Part shown: positions 19,464 through 29,680 of the stretch, piece after piece
Layout: every line of letters starts with the position of its first letter
Numbering within the stretch: the stretch's first letter is position 1
Assembly (NCBI GenBank): GCA_031370005.1
Contig: JANMPT010000043.1
Coordinates: 49,774-113,773, forward strand
Reading direction: 5' to 3'
DNA: 64,000 nucleotides
DNA from: Bdellovibrionales bacterium
GTDB lineage: Bacteria; Bdellovibrionota; Bdellovibrionia; Bdellovibrionales; Bdellovibrionaceae
The notes under the pieces: generated by a model
What the model was told of the DNA's origin: nothing
Databases searched by the model: none
What the model saw: only the letters and a program-made list of their open reading frames with translations
Made by a program: the position numbers and the translations under genes

Positions 19464-20540
19464 TTAATCTTTTAATGAGATCGCTTGAGTCAATTTTTTT
19501 AAGCCCGTGGTAAGCTCTGTTTGCGGGCGCCAGCCTAAGCATTTGAAAGTAAAGCTGTTATCTGATAAGGCATGACGGACGTCACCCAGACGAAATTGCG
19601 CACTAATTTGAAGATTATCTAATGAAGCGCCATATAAACTTAGCAGGTTCTTTGCGACAGAAAGTATTGTTGTACGCTGACCACTGCCGACATTCAAAAT
19701 GATCCCATGGGGCAAATCCTGGGCTATCGCCATCACAAGAGCATCAATAACGTCATCGATATAGACGAAATCTCTTCCGATATTTCCATCTTCAAAAATA
19801 TTGAGCTTATTCCCAGTTAGAATTTGACTTGAAAATATGGATAAAACGCCCGTGTAGGGATTTTTTAAGGACTGCCCAGGGCCATATACATTTTGAAATC
19901 TAAATACGATGGATTTCGCGTCTGATCCCATCAAATACTGATTTACAAGGTACTCCTGTTGAAGTTTCGTTGAGGCATAGATGGACACTGGCGAGACGGG
20001 GTCATCCTCCTTGCTTATATCCGGCTTAGAAAGCATTTCATTGTCAATACGTGGTAGGAATTGTCCGACTTTCAAATCTTCAAGGCTTCGATTTTTTGGG
20101 ATAACTCTTTTAAAACTGCTTGTTAACCAAGCGCCCTCACCATAGACAGCCCGTGAGGAGCTCAAAATTATTTTTGAAAAATGACGGCCGTGTTTTTTTA
20201 ATGCATCTAAAAGAACCGCAGTTCCAATGACATTGACTTCACTATAGCGAATGATCTCATCATGAGATTGGCCGGTACCAGTTTCGCTTGCCAAATGGAT
20301 AACGAGCTCGGGATCAAACTCGACAATTGCGCGGCGGACGTTTTCTGAGTCTGTAATGTTCGCCTTAAAAAAAGAAATGCGCTTGTTTTGGAGCTCTATG
20401 GGAATCTCAGCATTTAGTCCGTGAACCTGCGGGTGAAGATTGTCTATTATTGCAATTTCAAAATTATTTTCAGCGAGAAGTCTTTTTACTAATTTTGAAC
20501 CTATGAATCCAGCGCCACCCGTTATGAGAATTCTCTTCAT
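19464..20540 (-). CDS. NAD-dependent nucleotide-sugar epimerase/dehydratase (WbiB-like)
   Basis: TGGAGFIG, SSRAVYG, YASTK, FQNVYGPG, RDFVYIDD. Confidence 0.92.
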   Translation of the reverse strand: MKRILITGGAGFIGSKLVKRLLAENNFEIAIIDNLHPQVHGLNAEIPIELQNKRISFFKANITDSENVRRAIVEFDPELVIHLASETGTGQSHDEIIRYSEVNVIGTAVLLDALKKHGRHFSKIILSSSRAVYGEGAWLTSSFKRVIPKNRSLEDLKVGQFLPRIDNEMLSKPDISKEDDPVSPVSIYASTKLQQEYLVNQYLMGSDAKSIVFRFQNVYGPGQSLKNPYTGVLSIFSSQILTGNKLNIFEDGNIGRDFVYIDDVIDALVMAIAQDLPHGIILNVGSGQRTTILSVAKNLLSLYGASLDNLQISAQFRLGDVRHALSDNSFTFKCLGWRPQTELTTGLKKLTQAISLKD

Positions 20541-20567
20541 GTTTAAGTGCCTCTCTGGGATGTTTTT

Positions 20568-21800
20568 TTAAACTGTCAAAAAGAAATTTTTCACCGCTAT
20601 GGAAAATGTTTCTTTTGGATTATAAACCTTTGTTTTTTTTGAGAAATTTAAGACATCATTATGTAATTTTTGATCATGAAGCGCCTTTGCAATGAGTCGA
20701 CTTATCGCCTTAAGACTGAGGCCATCAGATCTAATTGAATAAGCTAGCATGTGTTTTTCTAAAGCTTGCATAAACAGGTGCTGATCTAAATTTGAAGGTA
20801 TACCGAGAACGGGAATCGCCTTACTAAGGAAAAAATAGCCTTGAGCGCTGCCGCCATTAGTAATCGCCAAATCAACATATTTCGCCAGCTTTTCAAGCGG
20901 GGCAAAACATGCAGTAAAGAGATTTTTTCCTTTAAGACTGAGGATAGCTGTATCGTTTGAAAGAATGATCCATTGGTAAGGCAATTGTATTAAATCTGGA
21001 ATAAGTTTCTTTAGTTTTGAGGACTGCCCAGAGGAGCCCATAGATAAATAGATGGTTGGAAGATCTATGTTTAGATTGTTCAGCCAGGACGGTTCGGGCG
21101 CATTAGGTACATAAGTAATGGGTCCAATAAAGTTTGAAGAAAAATCTCGATAATTATCGAATAACTCCATGGGGTCGGGATGCAATAATACTGTACCAAA
21201 AGAGTAGAGATCTTTTAGACTCCCAAAGGGGGCTAAACCAAACTCAAGTCTGAGTCGGTTAAATGGAGCGAGATTTGCCCGCATTATCGTATCTTCCACC
21301 TTTATTTTATTTCCTATTAAATTAGATAAGATGGAAATGAACTTATATCCGAAGAGTCGAACCAAAGGAATGTCTGGTATAGGATTTTTATGCGTGTATT
21401 CTGGGCTCCAGAATGCATTACTGATATTAAATACGGGCAGTTTTCTTTCTGCGGCGCTGAGGCTTGCGCTTAAACGGAAATCAACAACCACAAGATCGGG
21501 CTTAATCAAATCGAAAGTTTTGAAATCTTCATTGACCTGAATTCGTATGCGTTTGTCATCATAGGGAAGTTTCCCTCTATGCAGTGAGGCCAAAAACTCT
21601 GATGTGGGCACTGTGGTTTCAAGATTTATAAACTCAATTTTTTTAAACTCATTAATAATGGCAGCGGGCGTGTCTTTGGCGGCGATGGTAATATCAAACT
21701 TATCAGCAATCGATTCTGCCAATGGTAGCACGCGGATTAAGTGTGCAGCGCTGACGGCTTCAACTAGGAAAAGAATTTTTTTTCGTCCATACTCGCTCAT
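20568..21800 (-). CDS. GT-B fold glycosyltransferase (GT1/GT28-like)
   Basis: N-terminal AHLIR, PDLVVVD, YLSMGSSG, ITNGG, P..LDQ. Confidence 0.85.
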   Translation of the reverse strand: MSEYGRKKILFLVEAVSAAHLIRVLPLAESIADKFDITIAAKDTPAAIINEFKKIEFINLETTVPTSEFLASLHRGKLPYDDKRIRIQVNEDFKTFDLIKPDLVVVDFRLSASLSAAERKLPVFNISNAFWSPEYTHKNPIPDIPLVRLFGYKFISILSNLIGNKIKVEDTIMRANLAPFNRLRLEFGLAPFGSLKDLYSFGTVLLHPDPMELFDNYRDFSSNFIGPITYVPNAPEPSWLNNLNIDLPTIYLSMGSSGQSSKLKKLIPDLIQLPYQWIILSNDTAILSLKGKNLFTACFAPLEKLAKYVDLAITNGGSAQGYFFLSKAIPVLGIPSNLDQHLFMQALEKHMLAYSIRSDGLSLKAISRLIAKALHDQKLHNDVLNFSKKTKVYNPKETFSIAVKNFFLTV

Positions 21801-22007
21801 ACTTTAAGATGAGTAGCGAAATGTAAAAAAATGCCAATAAAAAATCTCAGATTACCCTAAAATATGGTTTTAAAAACAAAATTGGGTATATGGTGTCAGT
21901 TTGTCTGCATACTGTAAAAACTAACATCCATCTGTAGCAAAACTAGTCACTTTTAATTCAATTTAGCCGTGAGTGCGGACTTAATTGCTTTTAGGCCCCT
22001 ACATACC

Positions 22008-22023
22008 TGGCTCGACTCTTGAA
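22008..22023 (+). promoter_or_regulatory. Sigma54-like promoter
   Basis: TGGCTCG-ACTC-TTGAA just upstream of a secreted orphan; -12 is GA rather than GC. Confidence 0.4.
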
Positions 22024-22035
22024 AGCTAAGTGTAT

Positions 22036-22581
22036 ATGATTAAGACAGCCTTAATTGCACTTACTTTAGTAACGGTTTCTCAGACGTCTTTTGCAAGCCT
22101 TAATATTGCAAATACTAAGCCTGTGACTTTGCAAATATCTCAGGATATCGGCAAAATTACTCAGAAAGATGTCGAAAAAATTATTCCGATGGATCTTCAG
22201 CAAACGAATGATTTAAATCGCGTGGCCACCCAAATTGCAGATCACAGTCTTCAGACTTGGTTTAACTCCGCAGAAGTTCAGGGCAGTGTTTTTGGTCAAA
22301 CCGCGAACAGTGTTCAAAAGAAAATGGCTACAAACATCACTCTGAAATCCAATGCGCCACGCGCGATTGAGCACAAATTCTGCTTACAAGTACTAGCACT
22401 TCAGGCTATGGCCAAAGTTCAATACACGGGTTGGCTAAATGCTGTTTTTAATTATGATGCAAAAGCAGCGGAATCTATGGTTGAGTTTTCCGAGAAAGTT
22501 TTTAACAAAGATTTATTTGTTAATCATACCAGTTCATCCAGAGGCAATATCAGCTCGGTTGGCATTAAGTGGGGCTGGTAG
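22036..22581 (+). CDS. Hypothetical secreted protein, possibly a small beta-sheet outer-membrane protein
   Basis: Signal peptide ending SFA; beta-strand-like C-terminal half ending VGIKWGW. Confidence 0.7.
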   Translation: MIKTALIALTLVTVSQTSFASLNIANTKPVTLQISQDIGKITQKDVEKIIPMDLQQTNDLNRVATQIADHSLQTWFNSAEVQGSVFGQTANSVQKKMATNITLKSNAPRAIEHKFCLQVLALQAMAKVQYTGWLNAVFNYDAKAAESMVEFSEKVFNKDLFVNHTSSSRGNISSVGIKWGW

Positions 22582-23162
22582 GCGGCGAGATCCTCAGGGG
22601 TGTTTAGGTTTAAAGTAATATCGGGATCCCTAAGTGCGAGGATCTTTTTTTTATTTCCTGGCAGAGCTTTCAAGACAAAATCCAAGCGCGCCTCAGGTTT
22701 ATTTGGCGAAATTTTAAGAAGATCCTTTTGCAAGTCCGATGACAAAACTACAGGATGCCCCTGGCGCATTTGGTAAGAGGGAATCATGGCCTCAAGTGGA
22801 TCATGTTGTTCCAGCCATGCGTGGCGTAGTATTTCTATGCTTGTCGATTTTAAGGGGACATCAATAGGGCAGACAAAGCTGGCATTTTCAGGAGCCTCTG
22901 CGATGGCCAATTGTAAAGAGGAGAAGGGTCCTTTTTCAGGATTTGGATTAGTAATAAGTAATATCTTTGGCTCAAACTCGGCGAGGAGTTTTTTAAGAGC
23001 GACTTGAGTATCTGGATTTGTCACAAGGATAATATTTTTAAAACCAACATCAGCAATTTGGCGAAGTTGGGTCAAAACCCAGGGTTCGCCTTTGAATTGC
23101 ATAAAGGCTTTGTTGCAGCCCATTCGCAGCCCTTGCCCTGCTGCAAGTAGAATAAAATTCAT
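22524..23162 (-). CDS. Molybdenum cofactor cytidylyltransferase (MocA-like)
   Basis: ILLAAGQGLRMG.NK, CPIDVP, GHPV, NLNTPED; last gene of the xdh cluster. Confidence 0.85.
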   Translation of the reverse strand: MNFILLAAGQGLRMGCNKAFMQFKGEPWVLTQLRQIADVGFKNIILVTNPDTQVALKKLLAEFEPKILLITNPNPEKGPFSSLQLAIAEAPENASFVCPIDVPLKSTSIEILRHAWLEQHDPLEAMIPSYQMRQGHPVVLSSDLQKDLLKISPNKPEARLDFVLKALPGNKKKILALRDPDITLNLNTPEDLAAYQPHLMPTELILPLDELV

Positions 23163-23998
23163 AACAGATCCTTCAACAAGGTGTCTTCTTGTTGAGCCAG
23201 GCGAAGAGGCTTTGCTGAGGCAGCTGATTTATTCAAAGCCATATTTTGTATTTGTATAACTTCTGCGGCGAAGCTAATGGCTACTTCCTGTGGAGTTTTG
23301 CCGCCTATGCTAAGGCCAATTGGACATCGCACTCTACGCAGACTGTCGCTGGAAAGGCCTTTGTCGGTTAAGCGCTTTTGAAAACGCTGCCATTTAGTAT
23401 GGCTCCCAATAAGTCCTAAGTATTTAGTTTGTTTGGCCGTGAGTTTCTCGATGAGATCTAGATCCAGATCATGATCATAGGTCATCACGACAACATAAGT
23501 TTTTTCGGGGCTCCAAGAGGGGTGTAAATCGATAAACTCATGGCCAAGGTTATTATGCCTAATGACAGATGCCGGTGCTTTTTCTAACCAATCCTTGCGA
23601 GGGTCTACCATGTGTAGTTGGAAGGGGGTCGCCTCGAGAGTTTTGGCAATAGCTTGTGCCACGTGGCCTGCGCCAAAGATAATAAGCTGAGGACCGGAGT
23701 TGATCGTTTCAATAAAAACCTCTACAAAGCCGCCGCAACACTGGTTTGCCGTAAGACAGAGGGGGAAGGGAACCCTTTCGGGCGCCTGACTGGTTCTTAA
23801 AATCTCTCGGGCTTTTTCAATAACGAGTTCTTCGAGTTGGCCGCCGCCGATAGTGCCGAAGAAGTCTTTGTCTGTGACGAGAATCTTAGCGCCGAGATCT
23901 CTAGGTGTAGATCCTGTGGCTTTGATAAGAGTCACCAAAGCCGCCGGCTGCATTTTTTGTTTAAGCTCTTGAAGTGTTGAAATCCAATCCCAAGACAT
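23159..23998 (-). CDS. xdhC: Xanthine dehydrogenase accessory protein
   Basis: GSTPR, GTIGGG.LE, QCCGG, FGAGHVA, GLIGS, CPIG. Confidence 0.92.
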   Translation of the reverse strand: MSWDWISTLQELKQKMQPAALVTLIKATGSTPRDLGAKILVTDKDFFGTIGGGQLEELVIEKAREILRTSQAPERVPFPLCLTANQCCGGFVEVFIETINSGPQLIIFGAGHVAQAIAKTLEATPFQLHMVDPRKDWLEKAPASVIRHNNLGHEFIDLHPSWSPEKTYVVVMTYDHDLDLDLIEKLTAKQTKYLGLIGSHTKWQRFQKRLTDKGLSSDSLRRVRCPIGLSIGGKTPQEVAISFAAEVIQIQNMALNKSAASAKPLRLAQQEDTLLKDLL

Positions 23999-24000
23999 GT

Positions 24001-24867
24001 TCAGGTTGTTAAACTTTCCAAGAACTCTGTCAACAAATTCCCAGCGACCTCTTTGCGATAGAGTGCCTCAGAGCGAATATCATCAATGGGAGTGATTTCT
24101 CTTAATAAAACGCTCCGAGCTTCTTTGAAAACATCAAGATCGAGACTCTTCTGAAAAAGAAAATGTTCGGTTTTAGCCGCACGTAGCGGAATTGGGCCGA
24201 CACTACCAAGGCCAATGCGGATCCACTCAATTTTTTTGTTATTCAGCACAGACGCTGTGGCCGCGATACAAACTTTCGAGATAGCCTGAGCATTGCGTGT
24301 TCCCACTTTTCGATAGAAATCGTGAGTTATGTCCTGATTGCGTTTCAGACGAATGCTTATAATAACTTCATTAGGTCGTAAGTCGCACTGCTTATAATCT
24401 TGATGGAAGTATTTGTATGAAAGAACTCGGTACCCTTTGGTTGAAAGAAGAATTACATCAGCATCATATGCCAATAATGCAGGGGGCCCATCTGCAGCGG
24501 GGCTCATATTGGCTATGTTACCGCCGAGTGTGGCGCGATTTTGAATAGCCACGGCTCCGATTAGTTTTGCCGCATTCATTAGCAAGGGAAATTCTTTTTT
24601 AATAATCGGGTGAGTTTGAATTTGTCCATAGGAGCAGCCCGCACCAATGAGAATGTCTTCCTCGCGGACGACGAAGTTCTGTAGCTCTTTAATTGAGTTG
24701 ATATTGAGAAATTTTTTATGAGTCAATTTTCCTGTCTCAAAGATCACCATCAAGTCAGTACCCCCGGCAAATAATTTCCACTCGCCCGGAGAATCTGCGA
24801 GGATTTGCAGAAGCGTGTCGAGATTTTTTGGGGTTTTCATTTCATACTCTGGGACGGGAGCTCTCAT
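24001..24867 (-). CDS. Xanthine dehydrogenase family FAD-binding subunit
   Basis: AGGTDL, IQNRATLGGNIAN.SPAAD, DDIRS. Confidence 0.93.
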   Translation of the reverse strand: MRAPVPEYEMKTPKNLDTLLQILADSPGEWKLFAGGTDLMVIFETGKLTHKKFLNINSIKELQNFVVREEDILIGAGCSYGQIQTHPIIKKEFPLLMNAAKLIGAVAIQNRATLGGNIANMSPAADGPPALLAYDADVILLSTKGYRVLSYKYFHQDYKQCDLRPNEVIISIRLKRNQDITHDFYRKVGTRNAQAISKVCIAATASVLNNKKIEWIRIGLGSVGPIPLRAAKTEHFLFQKSLDLDVFKEARSVLLREITPIDDIRSEALYRKEVAGNLLTEFLESLTT

Positions 24868-25325
24868 TTTAGAACCTTTGCGGCTTTTTTTACGGAATCA
24901 AAGATTTTCATGTAGCCTGTGCAACGACAAAGGTTTCCGGCAAGACCTTCGCGGATTTGGTTTTCGGTGGGGCGTGGATTTTTTTGTAAAAGCTCAAGGC
25001 TTGCCATCAGCATTCCTGGAGTACAAATGCCACATTGAGCGCCGCCACATTCTAAGAAAGCTTGTTGAATCGGGTGCAGGTTTTCTTTGGTTTCCAAGCC
25101 CTCGACGCTTAGGATATCGGCTCCCGCACATTGGGCAATAGGAACAAGGCAACTATTAACCAGAGTTTGGTCCATCATCACAGCGCAGGCGCCGCACTCG
25201 CCCTCGCCGCAGCCCTCTTTGGTTCCAGTTGCGGCCAGGTCTTCACGAAGAACATCTAAAAGGCGTTTCATCGGATAGGTGTCGACAACGACTTTTTTTC
25301 CGTTAAGTTTAAAATTTATTTTCAT
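24864..25325 (-). CDS. Xanthine dehydrogenase family 2x[2Fe-2S] subunit
   Basis: GCGEGECGAC, QCGICTPG, NLCRCTGY. Confidence 0.96.
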   Translation of the reverse strand: MKINFKLNGKKVVVDTYPMKRLLDVLREDLAATGTKEGCGEGECGACAVMMDQTLVNSCLVPIAQCAGADILSVEGLETKENLHPIQQAFLECGGAQCGICTPGMLMASLELLQKNPRPTENQIREGLAGNLCRCTGYMKIFDSVKKAAKVLK

Positions 25326-27553
25326 AGGGCAGCCCTCATTAAATCCTCAGGCAACATCGGGATGGATTTGATTTCCCGGCCTGTGGCCATGGCTATTGCA
25401 TTTATAATCGCAGGCCCTGGTCCATCCATGGGTAGTTCGCCGATTCCCTTGGCTCCGTGAGGACCATATTGGTAGGGCACTTCTTCAAAAATAACTTCTA
25501 TGTTTGGCAGATCTTGGCTGGTCGGCATAATGTAATTGGTCATAGTCCCGTTGATCATACGGCCATCCTTCCATTTCACTTTTTCATAAAGTGTCCAGCC
25601 GATTCCTTGAGCCACTCCACCTTCGATTTGCCCTGCGGCTAGGATGGGATGAATCACTCGGCCCACCTCTTGTAGGGCCATGAAGTGATCTACTGTGGTT
25701 TCCCAGGTAAGGGTATCTACACTGACTTCAGCCACGTAGACAGCCCAGGCATAGGAGCCATAAGCATCGCCTTGATAGGTTTCATCGTTCCAATTGATTC
25801 CTGGCGGCTGCTGATATTCAACAATGATTTTAAGCTCTCCACGATCAGCTACAAATTTTGAACAGGCTTGGCGCAGCTCTTCTTCGCTGTAAATACTTTT
25901 GATATAACCCTCTTGTTGCAATGTTTGCCGAAGTCCAATGGCGGCAGATTGAACAAGTTTGCCGACGACCATCGTGGTGCGAGAGGCCACGGTCGGCCCT
26001 GAGTTAGGGACGAACTTAGTGTCGGGCCGGAAAATTTTTATGAAATCCGGGCTGACGTTTAAAGCTTCGGCGGCGATTTGTGAAAAAATGGTGTTTGTTC
26101 CCTGCCCGATTTCAGTACTCGCGGCTAAAATTACAATGTGGCCTTCAGCTGTGGCTTGGATGCCGACTTTTGAAGCGAGATATTTTTCTCCCGACCCAGT
26201 AAATCCAGAACCGTGCATGAAACTAGCAAAGCCAATACCTTTTTTAATTTTACTATGAGGATTGTCTTTGGCGAATTGCTGATGTTTTTCATGATAGTTG
26301 GTGTGTTTTAATGCGCGATCTAAGAGACCGTGCATGTTGACTCCCTCATTGATGGTTTGTCCTGTGGCGGTTTTCTCGCCATCTTTGATAAAATTGCGTC
26401 GTCGCAAAGCCTCTGGAGTTATATTCAGTTTTTTGGCAATTTGATTTAGGTGCCTTTCAAGTGCAAAGATGCTTTGGGGGGCCCCAAAGCCGCGGAAGGC
26501 TCCATGGGGAGGGGCGTTTGTCGCTACGGCTTTCGCATCAATACGAACATTTTCAATATTGTAAGGGCCAGCGGCATGAATTGTGCCGCGCGAAAGTACA
26601 ACCGAAGAAAGTGTCGCATAGGCTCCGCCATCAATAACAAATTGGATATCCATTCCAATAATGCGCCCATCTTTCATCACGGCAGTTTTGTGTCGGGTGC
26701 GAGAAGGGTGGCGTTTTGTTGTTGCTACCATGTCTTCGGCACGATCATAGATAATTTTAACTGCCTTGCCAGACTTCCACGCAAGAAGTGCCGCGTGACC
26801 AGCAAGGATCGAAGGGTATTCTTCTTTGCCACCAAAGCCACCACCGGTTTCGGTTTGTATGATGCGAACTTTTTCCTCGGGCAAGTTGAAGAGTGGCAAG
26901 AGGGCCTTGTGAACATAGTAAGGGCATTGCATAGAGCCCCAGATGGTGACTCCGTCTTTTGGATTAGCCATCGCGATCATGCCATTGTTTTCAATATAGA
27001 GTTGTTCTTGTGCGCCAGTACGATATTCATCTTCGATAATAAGATCAGCTTTACTCCAGATGCTATCGATATCACCTTTTTCTAAGTGATAGGATTTGAA
27101 AACATTGTCGTCTCCCCAAATTTTTATTCGAGCTTGCAAGGAGTCTTCGATTTCGAAAATAGGCGGAAGTTTTTCATACTCAATTTTGACTGCCTGGCGC
27201 GCCTTTTCGAGCAAATACTTATTAGGATGTGCGAGCAATAAAATGGGCTCCTCGGGGTGGTTGACGATGCCATCTGCCAAGTATGGCTGATCATTCAGGA
27301 TTAGCGCGACATAGTTTTTCCCCGGAATATCTTTAGCCGTAACAATTGTGAATTCGCTCCAAGGGATGCCTTTGCCAAAGTGAATGGCTTTGATGGTGCC
27401 GCGGGGAATGGTCGAGCGAACTGTGCCACCATAAAGTCCTGCAAACTCGAGATCATCAACGTATTTGGATTTACCGGTGAGCTTGCGAGGGCCCTCTTTG
27501 CGGGGAATGGCTTTGCCAATGGGTGAGTCTAGGCGTACTTTTTCAATTCTCAT
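25322..27553 (-). CDS. Xanthine dehydrogenase family molybdopterin-binding subunit
   Basis: GGGFGGK, AFRGFG, EIGQG, GQIEGG, AKGIGE. Start at MRIEK. Confidence 0.94.
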   Translation of the reverse strand: MRIEKVRLDSPIGKAIPRKEGPRKLTGKSKYVDDLEFAGLYGGTVRSTIPRGTIKAIHFGKGIPWSEFTIVTAKDIPGKNYVALILNDQPYLADGIVNHPEEPILLLAHPNKYLLEKARQAVKIEYEKLPPIFEIEDSLQARIKIWGDDNVFKSYHLEKGDIDSIWSKADLIIEDEYRTGAQEQLYIENNGMIAMANPKDGVTIWGSMQCPYYVHKALLPLFNLPEEKVRIIQTETGGGFGGKEEYPSILAGHAALLAWKSGKAVKIIYDRAEDMVATTKRHPSRTRHKTAVMKDGRIIGMDIQFVIDGGAYATLSSVVLSRGTIHAAGPYNIENVRIDAKAVATNAPPHGAFRGFGAPQSIFALERHLNQIAKKLNITPEALRRRNFIKDGEKTATGQTINEGVNMHGLLDRALKHTNYHEKHQQFAKDNPHSKIKKGIGFASFMHGSGFTGSGEKYLASKVGIQATAEGHIVILAASTEIGQGTNTIFSQIAAEALNVSPDFIKIFRPDTKFVPNSGPTVASRTTMVVGKLVQSAAIGLRQTLQQEGYIKSIYSEEELRQACSKFVADRGELKIIVEYQQPPGINWNDETYQGDAYGSYAWAVYVAEVSVDTLTWETTVDHFMALQEVGRVIHPILAAGQIEGGVAQGIGWTLYEKVKWKDGRMINGTMTNYIMPTSQDLPNIEVIFEEVPYQYGPHGAKGIGELPMDGPGPAIINAIAMATGREIKSIPMLPEDLMRAAL

Positions 27554-27690
27554 TGCTATACATTCAATCACGCACTTGCCAAAAATCAATTTTTTACTCT
27601 AGTTTCAGAGGAATTTGTTTGCGACATGCAACAAAAAATTATTTTCGCGCATCATTTGACCCCTTCTCTTCCTCTTATTAGGCTAATGAA

Positions 27691-28875
27691 ATGGATAAAG
27701 TCGTTTTTATTTCTGGAAAAAGAACCCCTTTCGGAGCTTTTGGCGGATCTCTGAAGGATCTTTCAGCAACTGATTTGGGAGTGGTTTCCGCCAAAGCCAC
27801 CTTAGAGCAAGCAAAACTTTCTGCCGATAAAGTCGAGCATGTGATTTTCGGAAATGTGATTCAGTCTGGAGCAGATGCCATCTATATTCCTCGTCATATT
27901 GGTTTGAAAGCCGGAGTGCCGGTCAGCGTGGGTGCGCTTTTGGTGAATCGTCTCTGTGGTAGCGGATTTCAAGCATGGACCTCAGCAGCGCAGATGATTC
28001 AAACAGGCGAGGCCAGCGTGATCCTTGCCGGGGGAACAGAGCAAATGTCGCAGGTGCCCTATGTGGCTCGGAGTCTGCGTTTCGGCGGCATTCGTATGGG
28101 GAATGGAGAGCTTGAAGACTATATGACAGCCGCGTTGGTTGATGCATATTCGAAAACGCCAATGGCGATAACTGCGGAAAATTTGGCAGTAAAGTACGGC
28201 ATCACCCGCGAAGAGGCCGATAGGTACTCTCTGCAATCTCAGCAAAGATATAAGGCTTGCCTTGATCGTGGCGGTTTTGCCGAGGAAATGTGCTTAGTCA
28301 CTATTGAGGGTAAAAAAGGAATTGTGATTGTAGATAAAGATGAACATCCGAGGCCCGAGACAAGTCTTGAAAAGCTTGGACAATTAAAGCCGGTCTTCAA
28401 AAAAGATGGAATTGTCACGGCAGCGGGCTCCTCAGGAATCGTGGACGGTGCCGCGTGCTCTTTATTAACAAGTGACTCCAGAGCACGCGAGCTTGGGCTG
28501 AAACCGATGGCGCGAATTATTGCGTATGCCTCCGTAGGTTGTGATCCAAGCATTATGGGAATTGGTCCTGCGGCAGCCTCTCGCTTGGCCTTGCAAAGAG
28601 CAGGAATGAAACTTGAACAAATGGATATCGTCGAGGTGAACGAAGCCTTTTCGGCTCAGTACCTGGCGGTACAAAAGGAATTGGGTCTTGATCCTGCAAA
28701 AACCAATGTTAACGGCGGGGCGATAGCTGTTGGTCATCCCTTGGGGGCCTCCGGCACTCGTATTATGAATCATCTCGTCTATGAACTTCATCGCCGCCAA
28801 TTGAAGTATGCTCTTGGCAGCGCCTGCATCGGTGGCGGTCAAGGTATTGCGATTATTATTGAAAGAATGGATTAG
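27691..28875 (+). CDS. Acetyl-CoA C-acyltransferase (thiolase)
   Basis: NRLCGSG, EVNEAF, GHPLGASG, CIGGGQG. Confidence 0.97.
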   Translation: MDKVVFISGKRTPFGAFGGSLKDLSATDLGVVSAKATLEQAKLSADKVEHVIFGNVIQSGADAIYIPRHIGLKAGVPVSVGALLVNRLCGSGFQAWTSAAQMIQTGEASVILAGGTEQMSQVPYVARSLRFGGIRMGNGELEDYMTAALVDAYSKTPMAITAENLAVKYGITREEADRYSLQSQQRYKACLDRGGFAEEMCLVTIEGKKGIVIVDKDEHPRPETSLEKLGQLKPVFKKDGIVTAAGSSGIVDGAACSLLTSDSRARELGLKPMARIIAYASVGCDPSIMGIGPAAASRLALQRAGMKLEQMDIVEVNEAFSAQYLAVQKELGLDPAKTNVNGGAIAVGHPLGASGTRIMNHLVYELHRRQLKYALGSACIGGGQGIAIIIERMD

Positions 28876-28879
28876 TTAA

Positions 28880-29653
28880 GTGGAGGCGAGTTTTAATTTA
28901 CATCAAAGAGTTGCTTTGATTGCAGGACCTTTAAGTACGACAGTTTCTAGCATTGTCATGGGTCTTACAAGGCTTGGTGCTGATTGTGTGATTTTGGATC
29001 CGGATAAGTCTGTCCCCCAGGCCTTTATAAATCAAATTAATGATGCCCGTGAAATCAATGATAAGTTTGGACGTGCAGCTTTTATTCCATCAGACCTAAG
29101 CTCAAAAGATCAAATAAAGGACCTTATCGGCAGAGCCTCTCAAGTGTTTGGTGGTCTTGATATATACATCGATGCGTTGGTGATCAATCAGCCGACGCCG
29201 ATGAAAATTGATGAAGCTATCGAGGGCCTAGATTTGATGATTGATAAGTATTTGAAGAGCGCACTCTATTTGACCAACGGAGTCCTGGCCTTTTTTAAGA
29301 GCCGCAAACGCGGACGAATTATTTATCTTCTGAACGATGCTCCTGCGATAAAAGCGAGGGAGGATATTTTGGTGCAAGCGGTACGATCTGGATTTATCAA
29401 GTTCTCTGCCGCACTTGCAAAACAAGTGAGCGAGTTCAATATTACCGCAAACGTACTTTCGATTGCTCTGACGGAAGAATACATTATGGCTCACGAGCCT
29501 GGAACGAAGTCGATTAAAGAGGCGATGGAGAAAATGAGGCTAGCAGATCCCTCCCTCAGAATTACAGAGCCCGACAAAATCACCCAGACTGTGACCTTTC
29601 TCGTAAGCCCCCTCGGCATCGCCATCAACGGCCAAACCCTCAATCTTTCGTAG
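28880..29653 (+). CDS. Atypical SDR-fold protein
   Basis: SDR scaffold (FGGLDI, GRIIY, ITANVL, INGQTL) lacking TGxxxGxG and YxxxK. Confidence 0.75.
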   Translation: MEASFNLHQRVALIAGPLSTTVSSIVMGLTRLGADCVILDPDKSVPQAFINQINDAREINDKFGRAAFIPSDLSSKDQIKDLIGRASQVFGGLDIYIDALVINQPTPMKIDEAIEGLDLMIDKYLKSALYLTNGVLAFFKSRKRGRIIYLLNDAPAIKAREDILVQAVRSGFIKFSAALAKQVSEFNITANVLSIALTEEYIMAHEPGTKSIKEAMEKMRLADPSLRITEPDKITQTVTFLVSPLGIAINGQTLNLS

Positions 29654-29679
29654 GTACGGCCTTCTTTTTAGTATTGCAA
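29652..29679 (+). repeat. Left 28-bp REP-like repeat of RAYT element
   Basis: AGGTACGGCCTTCTTTTTAGTATTGCAA; exact reverse complement at 30396-30423. Confidence 0.9.
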
Positions 29680-29680
29680 C

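Noticed and set aside
25322..27553. Aerobic CO dehydrogenase (coxL form I)
   Set aside because: Active-site loop is AFRGFG, not AYxCSFR.
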